Part shown: positions 10,246-20,900 of the stretch, piece after piece | Numbering within the stretch: the first letter of the stretch is position 1 | Layout of the letters: the number at the start of each line of letters is the position of its first letter | DNA from: an uncultured virus (IMG/VR IMGVR_UViG_3300043540_000465) | Taxonomy: Duplodnaviria; Heunggongvirae; Uroviricota; Caudoviricetes | Strand: one strand, 5' to 3' | DNA: 64,000 nucleotides | IMG/VR virus record: IMGVR_UViG_3300043540_000465 | Made by a program: the position numbers and the translations under genes | The notes under the pieces: model-generated | What the model was told of the DNA's origin: nothing | The model's input: the letters and a program-made list of their open reading frames with translations, nothing else | The model's database searches: none

Positions 10246-10755
10246 ATGGCCAGCAACCCCTTCAACGTCGTCGTACCGACGCTGGATTTCTCACACCCCC
10301 ACGCGCCGACGACCCAGAGCTGCCATGGCGTCAGCATCATGGTCAACGGCCAGATCGTCGGGCGCTTGGAGGACTGGGCGGTATCGGGCGTCTACCAGCG
10401 TACCGTGAACGCGGTGCGCGAGCTGAACTGGCGCACCTTCGGCCGCGTGGTCGACATCGTCCCCTCCATCAACACGGAGTACACCGCGACCGCCAACCGC
10501 TACGAGGTATGGTTCGAAGAAGCGGAGCGGGCGCTGGGCTACAGTAAGGTATTCACCGACCTGCTCGATCAGACCTTCCCGTTCTCCGCCAAGGAAGTGT
10601 GGCTACGGGGCAAGACCCCGTACCGCATCATGGACTACTTCGGCTGCTGGCTAGCGGGTAAGGAGATCACCGGTATCAACGCCACCGGCGACGCCATCAT
10701 CAAGACCAACCTCACCATTCACTTCGTCAGCAAGCAGATCACGTTCGGCCGCTAG
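10246..10755 (+). CDS. Tail tube protein
   Basis: 169 aa, downstream of the sheath. Pattern SIMVNGQIVG...VRELN...DIVPS...DLLDQTFPF...YFGCW fits myovirus tube proteins. GAGGT RBS. Confidence 0.8.
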   Translation: MASNPFNVVVPTLDFSHPHAPTTQSCHGVSIMVNGQIVGRLEDWAVSGVYQRTVNAVRELNWRTFGRVVDIVPSINTEYTATANRYEVWFEEAERALGYSKVFTDLLDQTFPFSAKEVWLRGKTPYRIMDYFGCWLAGKEITGINATGDAIIKTNLTIHFVSKQITFGR

Positions 10756-10791
10756 GTTTTCTGGACATTTCATCGTATCTTTCCACTAGCC

Positions 10792-11187
10792 TTGTAAAGG
10801 CGCGGTACCCGCCTCAATCCTACCGAAGTTCAAGAGCGTTTCAATCAAGTAGGACTGCAGCTACTCACGCCCTACCACAACGCACACACCACAGTAACCG
10901 TGCGATGTCGGCGTTGCAAGGACACCTACGATGTCGAACCGTACGGCGTGTTCCAGGGCCACGACTGCGCTCGGTGCAACAAATACAAGCCACCGCAGTT
11001 AACGCAGGTTGAAGTCAGGCGCCGACTGCGTAAAGTCAACGACGACCTGCGAGCTAGGTATCTTTGTCTAGTAGTCCAGGGTGCGTTTGTTACGTGGCCT
11101 GTGGGCGGCAGCGAGCTGACTGTAAAGGTGGATCACACCCGCTTGACTGTGGTCGCAGATCCATGGTACCATGGAGCCCAGCCATAG
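10792..11187 (+). pseudogene. Remnant of a zinc-ribbon DNA-binding module of homing-endonuclease type
   Basis: The frame of ORF 10900 extends upstream as EVQERFNQVGLQLLTPYHNAHTTVTVRCRRC...CARC, but TTG 10792 is followed immediately by TAA. Confidence 0.45.
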
Positions 11188-11231
11188 CGGTAGCGGCAGT
11201 GTGATCAACCTTCTGACAAAAGGACTGCACC

Positions 11232-12581
11232 GTGCCGACGACGACGCCGCACAACATGGGCCAGCTGAACACGCTGCGTGATAAGCTAACTGCACTCTTG
11301 GGGCCGCTCAATCAAGGTCCATCCACGCTCACCTTCATCATGTCCGGCAACGTGCCAGCCACGCGACTGGATGTGCACAGCGACCTCGCCCGCTTGGAAG
11401 ACAACTACCTCACCAAGGTACCGGAGTTGGCCCGGCCGATCATGGATCGGCTGCGGGAGATTGATGTGGATCTGGTACCGCTGACGCCCGAGCAGCGCCT
11501 GGCGCGTATCGCCGAGATGGAGGCTAGCCTGCTGCACATTCGTACCGCGGTATACAAACTGCGGTACCTGTTCGAAACCGGCCTGCCCATCGGCAACGAC
11601 TGGCGTGCCATCAAGCAGGAGATGGAGGCCAGCATCACCCCCTTCCGCCAGCTGGCGCGTGACGTGGATACATGGGTGCGCAATCTGAACCTGGGCCGCA
11701 CGGCCACGGGGCAACCGAGTGGGGTGCCCGGCGGCGTACCGCACAAGCCCGGCCCGCAGCCCAAGGACGAAGAGCCCAAGCCGCTCACGCCGGAGCAGAA
11801 GGCCAAGTTGCGGGAGGAGATGGAGCGGCGGCGGCATCTACCCTTCGCCGAGCAGCTGCGGCTGTCGCTGCAGGACTACGAGGCGATGGCGGGCATCTAC
11901 CGCAAGCTGCACCCCAAGCCCGGGCCGACGCAGAAGCCCGAGGACGTCGACATCGCGCCCGAAGAGTTCGAAGTCGATGACGACGGCCGCGCTCGCACCG
12001 ATCGCTGGGGCCGTCCCATCAAGAAGGAGAAGCCGCCGACCACGCCCGAGGAGTTCGAGCGCCGCGAGCAGGAGACCGACAAGAAGTTCGAATCGGCACA
12101 AGAGCGGTGGGTGCAACGGGTGATAAACAAGCTGGACTCCATGTCCAAGTTCACCAGGCTCAACCACTTGCTGGAAGCCGATGAGCCGTTCGGCATCTTC
12201 CTGGCGTCCTTGGTGGTCACCAAGTACACCGCCGGCAAGCTGGCATTGCAAGCGGTGCGGCAGGCCAAGGGCGTGATTGGCGCGCGCACCGGTACCGGCT
12301 ACCTCGTCATTCGCAACGTGCCGGTGATCGGGGTGCAGCACGGCGAGGATCCGCGGCTCGCGATGAAGATCTTGAGCGAATCGACGTCACGGGTGCTTGA
12401 TAAGCAACGGCGCTGGGCACGGTTCTGGTTCGTAGCGTCGACACGACGCTACTACAAAGGCCACGACTACTACGTCCTGTGGCCCAAGACGCTGGGCGAC
12501 GACGTGCACAATCTACACATCGAGCAGTGGGACTTCAACCTGCGCGATCAGAGCAACGTCGACGCTGGTACCAAAGAGTAG
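11232..12581 (+). CDS. Hypothetical protein (449 aa) with Pro/charge-rich linker
   Basis: AAGGA RBS; coding-like codon usage. Confidence 0.75.
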   Translation: MPTTTPHNMGQLNTLRDKLTALLGPLNQGPSTLTFIMSGNVPATRLDVHSDLARLEDNYLTKVPELARPIMDRLREIDVDLVPLTPEQRLARIAEMEASLLHIRTAVYKLRYLFETGLPIGNDWRAIKQEMEASITPFRQLARDVDTWVRNLNLGRTATGQPSGVPGGVPHKPGPQPKDEEPKPLTPEQKAKLREEMERRRHLPFAEQLRLSLQDYEAMAGIYRKLHPKPGPTQKPEDVDIAPEEFEVDDDGRARTDRWGRPIKKEKPPTTPEEFERREQETDKKFESAQERWVQRVINKLDSMSKFTRLNHLLEADEPFGIFLASLVVTKYTAGKLALQAVRQAKGVIGARTGTGYLVIRNVPVIGVQHGEDPRLAMKILSESTSRVLDKQRRWARFWFVASTRRYYKGHDYYVLWPKTLGDDVHNLHIEQWDFNLRDQSNVDAGTKE

Positions 12582-12610
12582 CTCCACGGTTTTCACTGCT
12601 TGAGGTATCC

Positions 12611-14893
12611 ATGCAGGTCGCTACCCTTCCACCCATCACCAGTTTCGACGATCTGCACCTAGTCCCACCTCCGTTACTGCCCGGCGACGCGCATCTGGCA
12701 CTGCTGTACCTCGATGGAGTGCAGCAGCGGTTAGTGCAGTTGCTGGATACGCAGGTCGAGTACCTGACGACGTTAGCCGCCTGCCAGCAGCTCATCGACG
12801 CCCTAGCCGGTAGCGACAAGCTGCACGATCCGGCCGCAGTTGCAGCGGTGGAGCAGCCGGTGATTGCCGCCACGCCTACGGTGCAGATCAACGCCCCCGT
12901 ACCGGTAGCGATCGCGCAGGCACTGGCGTTCCTGCAACCGGGACTCGCGGGCGATCGCACTCTCAAGCTACGCGACCTCGTGGCCCGCGGCGAAGGCAGC
13001 ATCTTGCTGCAACCCCAACCGTTCCCGCACTACGTGCTGTTCGGCGTCACGATGGGAGCGTTCCTACTGGCCGAGCAGGCGCTGGTACCGGCCTCGGGAC
13101 TACCGCCCGCGGTTCAGACGTGGCTACTGCTAGGCAACGGCCTGCGGGATATGCTTGCCGACCGCTGCGACTGGTTGGAGTTGCAGGCGTACGATCTGAA
13201 TGCGTACGTAGCGCGCGTGCCACTAGCTACGGCCGTGACCGTGCCGGTCCCGGTCGACGGTACTGTCGACGTCACGTGGACGCCGGTGTTCCCCGCCGCG
13301 ATCCTGGTAGGACAGGTCAGTGGCCGCACCACCTGGCCTACCGGCACGTTCCTCAACATCGATGTGCAGGTCAATGGACTGTACCGTATCACCGTGGCGG
13401 TGCTGCAAGACGGCATGATCCCGCGGCTGCGAGACTACTACTACGTGCGCGGCCCGGGGAGTCTACCACCGGCCCTACCCGCCCTGCCGCTGTCGGGTGG
13501 CGGAGTGCCACAACTGGAGCTAGCGCTGCTGTACCAGAATGCGCGCGATGCGGCCTCGGACTTCGTGGTGGGCGTAAGCGTGCAGCCGCTGCTGGCGGGC
13601 GACCAGTGGACGCTGTGGCCGTACCTGCCCATGGCCTACCCCCAGCTGCTGTCCAGTCGTGACCTAAGCGTACCGCCGACTGCGTGTCTGCATGAGCGTG
13701 GCGATCAACTGACCCTGTGGCGCGTGTCCGACACGCTCCTGCCAGTACCGCCGGTACCGATTCCCGGCCTGCCGGTACCGGTAGTCACAGCGTACGCCTA
13801 TGAGTGGCGTGCGGGCGCGGTACCGCTGGTAGGCGAGTTAGATCCGGCGTTGGAGGTGTCGGCTACCCTCGCCGCGGTACGCACCGCACGTGAGCCCTAC
13901 TACTTTGTAGACGACGAGGTGATCCAAGCCGGGATCAGCAGCGGTACCCTGCCCGGTCCCGTTACCGAGCTGGATCCGTTCCTTGATGATCCCTTGGATA
14001 TCCTACTGGGGCACGGCATGCCGGGTCAGTGGGGTGCGATTCGGTGCATGGCAACCGAAGATAACAGCCTCTACGCGCTGCTGCCCAACTACGGTCCTGA
14101 GCCAGATGTGCAGCTGTTCCGCTGGAGTGGTGTGGGACCGTGGACCCGCGAAGCGCTGGTGCGAGTCGGTGGGCGTTGGCGCATCCCCGCCTATGTGGGT
14201 ACCGAGCGCCTCATCCTATTCCAGTTCCGTGGCGACGGCTACGGCCATCGCTTCAAGGGTGACACCATGACCATGTTCGATCTGAGTGGTACGTTCGTGC
14301 CCTTCGGTCCCTACCCAGCCTACCCCATCGTCTGCGGCGGTACCTACACCGCGCCGGCGGCGCAGTACCTCAAGTATCGCATGCCCATCTACGCCGTCAG
14401 TGGGGTGGCGGCGGACTTCATGGGGGCCGGGTACTTGACCGGCATCACCATCGGTGGTAGTGCGCCGTCGGAGCACCAACTGGTGGCGGGCATGGTACCG
14501 CAGCTAAAGGTGACGACGCCGCACGGGGTGTTCCGCTTCACCCTCAACAGCGATCTGACCGAAGCCAATCCAGGCCACAACCTGCTGCTAGGCCAGTCGC
14601 GCACCGACGTGGCCAACCGGCTGGCCGGCTTCAACCTCACGCTGGTCACACCGACCATGGACTACGACCCCTGTGCGCTGGTGCCCAACCTCCCCAAGCG
14701 GCAGTACGACGTCATCATCGAAAAGCTGGACGGCACGGGCACTCCCGAGCTGTTCCGCATCGAAGAGCAGTTCATCTTCGATCTGAGCCAGCTCAACGTG
14801 GCCACGGCCACGCCACCGCCTCCACCCCTGCACACGGTGTACTCGTACCCGGTGTACCCGTGGCCACACCTCGCGATTATCCAACCTAGCTGA
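12611..14893 (+). CDS. Putative tail/baseplate structural protein
   Basis: Start reassigned to ATG 12611 after GAGGT; Pro/Val/Thr-rich, beta-type composition. Confidence 0.6.
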   Translation: MQVATLPPITSFDDLHLVPPPLLPGDAHLALLYLDGVQQRLVQLLDTQVEYLTTLAACQQLIDALAGSDKLHDPAAVAAVEQPVIAATPTVQINAPVPVAIAQALAFLQPGLAGDRTLKLRDLVARGEGSILLQPQPFPHYVLFGVTMGAFLLAEQALVPASGLPPAVQTWLLLGNGLRDMLADRCDWLELQAYDLNAYVARVPLATAVTVPVPVDGTVDVTWTPVFPAAILVGQVSGRTTWPTGTFLNIDVQVNGLYRITVAVLQDGMIPRLRDYYYVRGPGSLPPALPALPLSGGGVPQLELALLYQNARDAASDFVVGVSVQPLLAGDQWTLWPYLPMAYPQLLSSRDLSVPPTACLHERGDQLTLWRVSDTLLPVPPVPIPGLPVPVVTAYAYEWRAGAVPLVGELDPALEVSATLAAVRTAREPYYFVDDEVIQAGISSGTLPGPVTELDPFLDDPLDILLGHGMPGQWGAIRCMATEDNSLYALLPNYGPEPDVQLFRWSGVGPWTREALVRVGGRWRIPAYVGTERLILFQFRGDGYGHRFKGDTMTMFDLSGTFVPFGPYPAYPIVCGGTYTAPAAQYLKYRMPIYAVSGVAADFMGAGYLTGITIGGSAPSEHQLVAGMVPQLKVTTPHGVFRFTLNSDLTEANPGHNLLLGQSRTDVANRLAGFNLTLVTPTMDYDPCALVPNLPKRQYDVIIEKLDGTGTPELFRIEEQFIFDLSQLNVATATPPPPPLHTVYSYPVYPWPHLAIIQPS

Positions 14894-14936
14894 TTTCTGC
14901 GTATCTTTCTTCAGGGCCACAACCCTGGAGATCACC

Positions 14937-15519
14937 TTGCTAACACCAGAAGCCGTGCTCCGTCAGCAGTTGGCGAAAACTGCTGCTGCGTAATCCCCGG
15001 GCGCGGGTGATCACCGAGATGGATGTGGGCCGCGCCCGCGTCGACGTCGTCACCATCCACCACGAGCTGGTGGGCTACGAGATCAAGAGCGACGTCGACT
15101 CCCTCCACCGCCTCCTCAACCGGATCGAGTACTACAACCGCGTACTCGATCGGGCTACGCTGGTAACCACCGAGCGGCGTCTGCGAGCGGCCCAGCAGCA
15201 GCTGCCTCCAGAGTGGGGTATCCTGCTGGCCGACTTCTGGTGTCGCGGCGTGCAACTGCACCGCCTCCGACCCGCGCAGCGTAATCCACATCTACGTGAC
15301 TATGAGCTATCCCGCTTGCTGTGGCGGGCGGAGCTACTAGCCGCCCTGCGGGACGCCGGTGCCTTGACCGGGTACCAGCACCAGCGTTGTACGGTCCTGT
15401 GCCAACGGCTAGTTGAGGTGCTCCCGCTGCGTACGTTGCTGGCCGTAGTGCGCCGCTGTTTGAAGCAGCTCCCGCGGTGGCATCACACTCCCGCGGTGGC
15501 CGTCGCGGACCACGCCTAG
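14937..15519 (+). pseudogene. sce7726-family (PD-(D/E)xK-like) protein with an N-terminal frameshift
   Basis: ARVDVV...GYEIKSDVDSLHRL...YNRVLD...LPPEWGI motif. The frame from GGAG + TTG 14937 stops at TAA; the family frame resumes after the AAAA run at ~14976-14979. Confidence 0.65.
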
Positions 15520-15550
15520 TCCGCCCTATCTTTTCAGTATCGAGTTCGCC

Positions 15551-17968
15551 ATGCAAGTCAGCGTGCGCCCCATCTATCCACTAGGTGATGTCGACGACAA
15601 CGGCAGTTTCGACGCGGCCGACATGGCAGTAGTCGATGCGGTCTATCTCGGAGCGCCGTTGCCCCCGGGCGTGCCGCTCGCGCGCCTCACGCCTGAGCCC
15701 ACGCTGACGTTGAGCTGGGTGAACTATCTGCACACGGTGCTAGGTGGGACCGCGGTACAGCAGTACGCCGCCAATCCCCCGCCGGCCACCCCGGCCGCCG
15801 ACCTGACTACCGCCTGGCGCCTAACGGCCCCAGAGCAGTACGACTGCTACCTGTGGTGCGAGACGCCGTCGCTGGTGCTGCTGCATGGCTACGCGACGCC
15901 CACTCGCGTGGCACTGTACGCCGCTGACTACACCACCCTACTGGAAGAGCACCTCAACGACTACTGGCTCCCCGCAGCGCTGAGCCTATTCGATCAGAAA
16001 GTGACGCCCGACTGGCACTGCCAGCTAGCAGCTCCCGCGGGATGGAGTCTGGTGCGCGTCGTCGCAACCAGTGTCTCGCAGGTGAGCTTACAACTGGTGG
16101 GGCAGTTCGTTACTGCGGCCAGCGACACCGCCAGCCTCGCGGTAGCTGAGACTCGATCCTGGCTGCTGCCATACAGCAGCGACTTCACGCTCAACCTCCC
16201 CGGACCTACTGCGGACTACGCTATCGCCGTGCAGGGCCTGTTCCGCGCGGTGACCACGCTGCAGTTTGGCGAGGGCGCGGTGCTACCCGACTGCACGCTG
16301 GCGCCACAGGTGTCGTATCCGCAGCTGGGGGAGGATGCGCACCTGCAGCCCCTAGTGCAGGACTACCAGAGTTCGCTGGCGGGCTTGGGTACGCCCGCCC
16401 CAGCCACGGCCCCACCCACCGACGCCTACGCCGATCGCGTGGTCAACACGTGGTGGTCCATCTACACCGCGCCCGAGGCGCGCACCTTCCGCGCCTTCGA
16501 CGTGTTCCAGTCGCCGTCGCAGACCATCGGCTTGCCGCCGTACGACTCGCTGTTGGTCGGGCACGAGGTACTGCACGATCCCTTCCCCATCACCGCCGAC
16601 ATCGAAGCAGTACTGCAGCCAGAGTGGGATGCGTGGCGTCTAGCCAACCAGCGCGACGATACGCTGGAGGTGTACCTGTACTCGCAGTCCAAGTCGGCGC
16701 TATTCGCCACGGTGGATCTGGGTGCGGTATGGCAGCAGCGGGTGCGTCTAGCGCTCAACGTTGGCTGGCTGCTGCAGCGACCCACGACCGCCCACGCCGA
16801 GTTACTGCGCACGACCATGGCCTGGGCTGCGTGGCTATCGCGGTGGGTAGAAGCTACCGGCACCAACCCAGGACTGTATGCACCCCCGTTGGGGTTTGAG
16901 CGGGGCGCGGCACTGCTGTACCCCAACCTCGATACGGCACCGCAACTACTGGCGTTCGAACTGGAAGCGGCCCGTCACTGCTGGTTGTATCCGTGGTTGG
17001 GGTACAACATCCGCAACTTCAACCAACTGGCACTGGCCATCGAGCGCTACGGTACCTATCTGCAAGCGCTGTTCGACGACACATTAGATGACGTGCTGTG
17101 GCAGCCGACCATCACCGTGACCATGGCCGGCAATCGCCTGGCGCTACTGAGCGATGCGGTCATTCCCAGCCTGGTCTCGCTGCTTCTCAACGCGGCTACC
17201 GAGTGGGGCTACGTGCCGCGCACTACCACTACCGATCCCATTGCCGTGCAGCGGGCTACCCTGCCCCTCGACACCGCTGACCTCTGCACTCAGGTGACCA
17301 CGCAGACCACCGCCTATATCACCACCGAGCATGCCAAGCGCTACTACACCAGCTCGACGGCGATGTTTTCCCCACTGACCGATCTGTATGCCACGCAGTC
17401 CCTGCCCGGCGAGTTCGCCGCGAACGTGTGGTTGGCCGATGCCCTCGCGGCCAAGACCACGGATGATCGCCGCGCGCTGCTGGCGACGCTGACTGGCGCG
17501 GCGTCGCCGCTATGGGCCATCCAGCAGGTACTTGGCGGTACGCTGCTGACGGCCTTGCGCGACATCAACAGCGACATCGCGCTGCACCGCTTCCCCACGT
17601 GGCACGCCGGATCCATGTTCGTAACCAACTACGAGACGGCCAGTGATCGCCTGCAGCGCGACATCTACTATGTGTCGACGCCTGATCACGGCGTGGCCTT
17701 GCTGACGTTGCTGCAAGCCTGGCCTGACGTGGCACTCACCCCAGCCGCGTTGCCGTATGCGCGCATCGAGTTAAACGGCACGGCGACGCTGCCCAACTTC
17801 GTACCAGCCTACAGCAGCTACGCTCCACATCCGCTGCCCGGCGTACCCGAGCACTGCTTACCTGCAGGCGCGGTGGCGCTGTTCAGCAAGACCCAAACGG
17901 GTACCCCTGCCGCACTGCGATTGACTGCTGATCAAGCCGTGCTGCTCGTAGTAACTCGCACCAAGTAG
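15551..17968 (+). CDS. Large putative structural protein with an N-terminal dockerin/EF-hand-like Ca-binding loop
   Basis: GDVDDNGSFDAADM near the N-terminus; 805 aa ORF. Confidence 0.6.
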   Translation: MQVSVRPIYPLGDVDDNGSFDAADMAVVDAVYLGAPLPPGVPLARLTPEPTLTLSWVNYLHTVLGGTAVQQYAANPPPATPAADLTTAWRLTAPEQYDCYLWCETPSLVLLHGYATPTRVALYAADYTTLLEEHLNDYWLPAALSLFDQKVTPDWHCQLAAPAGWSLVRVVATSVSQVSLQLVGQFVTAASDTASLAVAETRSWLLPYSSDFTLNLPGPTADYAIAVQGLFRAVTTLQFGEGAVLPDCTLAPQVSYPQLGEDAHLQPLVQDYQSSLAGLGTPAPATAPPTDAYADRVVNTWWSIYTAPEARTFRAFDVFQSPSQTIGLPPYDSLLVGHEVLHDPFPITADIEAVLQPEWDAWRLANQRDDTLEVYLYSQSKSALFATVDLGAVWQQRVRLALNVGWLLQRPTTAHAELLRTTMAWAAWLSRWVEATGTNPGLYAPPLGFERGAALLYPNLDTAPQLLAFELEAARHCWLYPWLGYNIRNFNQLALAIERYGTYLQALFDDTLDDVLWQPTITVTMAGNRLALLSDAVIPSLVSLLLNAATEWGYVPRTTTTDPIAVQRATLPLDTADLCTQVTTQTTAYITTEHAKRYYTSSTAMFSPLTDLYATQSLPGEFAANVWLADALAAKTTDDRRALLATLTGAASPLWAIQQVLGGTLLTALRDINSDIALHRFPTWHAGSMFVTNYETASDRLQRDIYYVSTPDHGVALLTLLQAWPDVALTPAALPYARIELNGTATLPNFVPAYSSYAPHPLPGVPEHCLPAGAVALFSKTQTGTPAALRLTADQAVLLVVTRTK

Positions 17969-17983
17969 CGATCGGATTACCAT

Positions 17984-20900
17984 ATGCGCGCTCGCATGGG
18001 CTCTGCCAAACATCGTGCTCGTCCTACCTCCGCACACCGCTCGCGTGAGGATGCGCGGCCGTTCGACCCTTCTGAGCTGATCAAGGAAGCTATCAAGCAC
18101 GACCTGGACTCCTCGGTCCTCAACGAGTTCGACGATCGCTGGGTACCCAAGGCCAAGAACATCTACGATTGGTGCATTGATGGTGAGGCTCTAGTAACTA
18201 CGGATCACGGGTTAATACCGCTACACCAGCTGCAGAAATTAGTTGGCAAAGTCAAGCTGCTCACTTCTACTGGCTTTGCTTCGCTGCTCAGATGGATACC
18301 AAAAGGACAACGAGTAACGCAACGTGTAACTACCGCGGCGGGCTACAGCGTGATTGGTACTCCAGACCATCTCGTCAAGGTACTAAACCCAGATCTGACG
18401 TTAGGGTTTAAACCAATCCGTGATCTGACGGTCGGAGACTATGTAGTGCTAGGAGTAGGAAAGCGACAGCATCGCGGCAAACCGTTAGACCTTACGCAGT
18501 TAGTTGTGAAACCTACTGCCATTGGATGGCGGTCGCAACCGCGACGATCCTCGCGACGTCTAGTACTGCCACGACGTATGTCGCCTGACCTAGCTACCCT
18601 ACTTGGCTACCTCTCATCCGAGGGACATGTCAGATCGGATCGCCTGGCCTTCCATAACACTGATCAGGTTATGATCCGCGAGTTTGCTAGGTGCGTCCTA
18701 CGAAGCTTCGCCATCAGTGTACGCCCCAGTGGAAAGACCTGCTGCCACATCAATAGTGCGGTGGTAGCTAACTACTTGATAGCTCTGGGTCTAGCCCCAG
18801 TCAAAGCGTCCGACAAGCGGATACCGTGGGCAATCCTGCAAGCCGATCGTGCTAGTCAACTAGCTTACTTGCGATCCTACTTCAATGGTGACGGCGGTTT
18901 CGGTGGTCGACGTATGCTTGCGATCTACTCTTCATCGGAGAGGATGACCGCGGATCTCCAATGTCTGCTACTGCAACTAGGCTATCTGTCGAGAAGTAGT
19001 AAGCTGAAGACCTCAGCTATTCCACGCCGCTGGCGCAACAAGATCTTCAAGAGTGGTCCCCTCTGGAAAGTTGCAGTATACGGTCATCAGGCAGTAGATC
19101 TTGTCCGAGAACTACATCTGACCCTGCCTGCTACTTGGAGATACGCCACAAAGCGTCGTGCGAGCCAACAACATGAGACGATACCGTATACCCACGAGCT
19201 ACTACGACGGCTACGACAACAGCATCTAGTTGTTGGCGGTCCCAAGGGACTGTATACCTGCAGTGACGGCCGCCAACGGAGGTTGGGCTTTGCAGTGCAC
19301 ACACCTGCAGGTAAGACCGGCTACCAACTAAAGGGCGACTGGCGTCGTGGATCGCTTACAGAGCTGTTACCGGCAATAGCGACGCTAGACCCTGCAGTAG
19401 CAGCGCGGCTGCGGGCGATAGTCTCTGCAGGTCTAGTATTTGACGCCGTAAAGTTAATAACCCCAGAGACTAAACGCGATGTCTACGATGTGACGGTGGC
19501 GTCACAAGGATCCCCAGAGTTTGTAGCTAATGGGGTGGTGGTACATAACTGCGTCAACCGCAAGTTCCTGGGGATGGATCCGTTCCCCATGCAGATGTTC
19601 CTGATGCTGGAGCTGTTCGAAGACTACTGCGTTGCAGCTGATACGCTAGTCTGCACTGCTGACGGCATCAAACAGATCGATGCGCTAGGACCGTCAACCA
19701 CCGGGTGTGGCTTGCAACCGCGGTGCGTGTCGCTCGTGACACGCGACGGCGTGGAGACGACTTCGCGCCACGGTCTGACCAAGCGGCGGGCCAAGGTCGT
19801 GGAGCTGGAGCTGGAGCGTGGTCTCACGCTACGCGCCACCCCAACTCATCGTGTACTGACTGCCAATGACAACGGCGAAGGGGAGTGGCGACAGCTCGAT
19901 CGTCTGAACACCAACGACTATGTCGCCGTCAAGCTAGGCGCAGACCTGTGGGCGAAGCGCTCGGCCCCGTTGGATGGTTTCAGCTACGCGCAGTCTAAGT
20001 ACCGGTCAGCACGCGAGTACCCTACGCCACGCAAGTGCACGCCCGAGCTGGCACGTGTCCTGGGCTATCTGGTTGCCGAAGGACATGTGTCAACCCACGA
20101 AGCCACCTTCACCAACAGCGATGAGCGGTTGCTAGACGACTACTTGCGTTGCGTGCGTGCGTGCTTTGGCGACGTGCCGGTGTACGTTGACGTAGATCAG
20201 CGCAAAGGCAAAACCAAAGCCGGTACGCTCTACCAACGCGCCACCAATCTGCGCATCGCTAGCCGCTACGTACTCGCTTATCTACGCTACGCCGGCTTGG
20301 GGCCGTCGCTGTCACACACCAAAGAAGTGCCGTGGAGTGTACTGCAATCGCCCAAGACGCTGGTGCTGGAGTTCCTACGTGCCTACGCAGAGGGCGATGG
20401 CAGTGCGTCCAGCGGCTGTACTCATTCCGCGTCTCGAAAGCTGACACAGCAACTGGTGACCATACTGCTGAATCTCGGCGTGCTGCCCGCCGTACGTCGA
20501 CTGCAGCCCAGGACCGGTCGTCCTCAGTGGATGGTTGATCTACGCGGCCCGGCAGAACGCAGCTATATCGAGAAGGTCAGCTGCTTCGCGGGTATGGGCC
20601 GCGCTGACCAGTACGCGGCGCGACCTGACGTGGCCGAAGGTACGCAATACAAGCGTGGCTTGGTATGGCTGCGAGTGCGTAGCGTACGCGCTGCAGGCAC
20701 GGCTGACGTCTACGATGTCACCGTGCCCGGTAGCCAGTCCTTCGTAGCTGACGGGGTAGTGGTCCACAACTGTCCGTGGTGCTCCGATATGGAGTGGTGG
20801 CGCAACCAGCTACAGGTCGACACGCCACTGACGGAGTTCCGTAGCCACCTGCAGCTCTACCGTCACGGCAAGTGCCGGAAGTGTGGTCGCACTCGACTGG

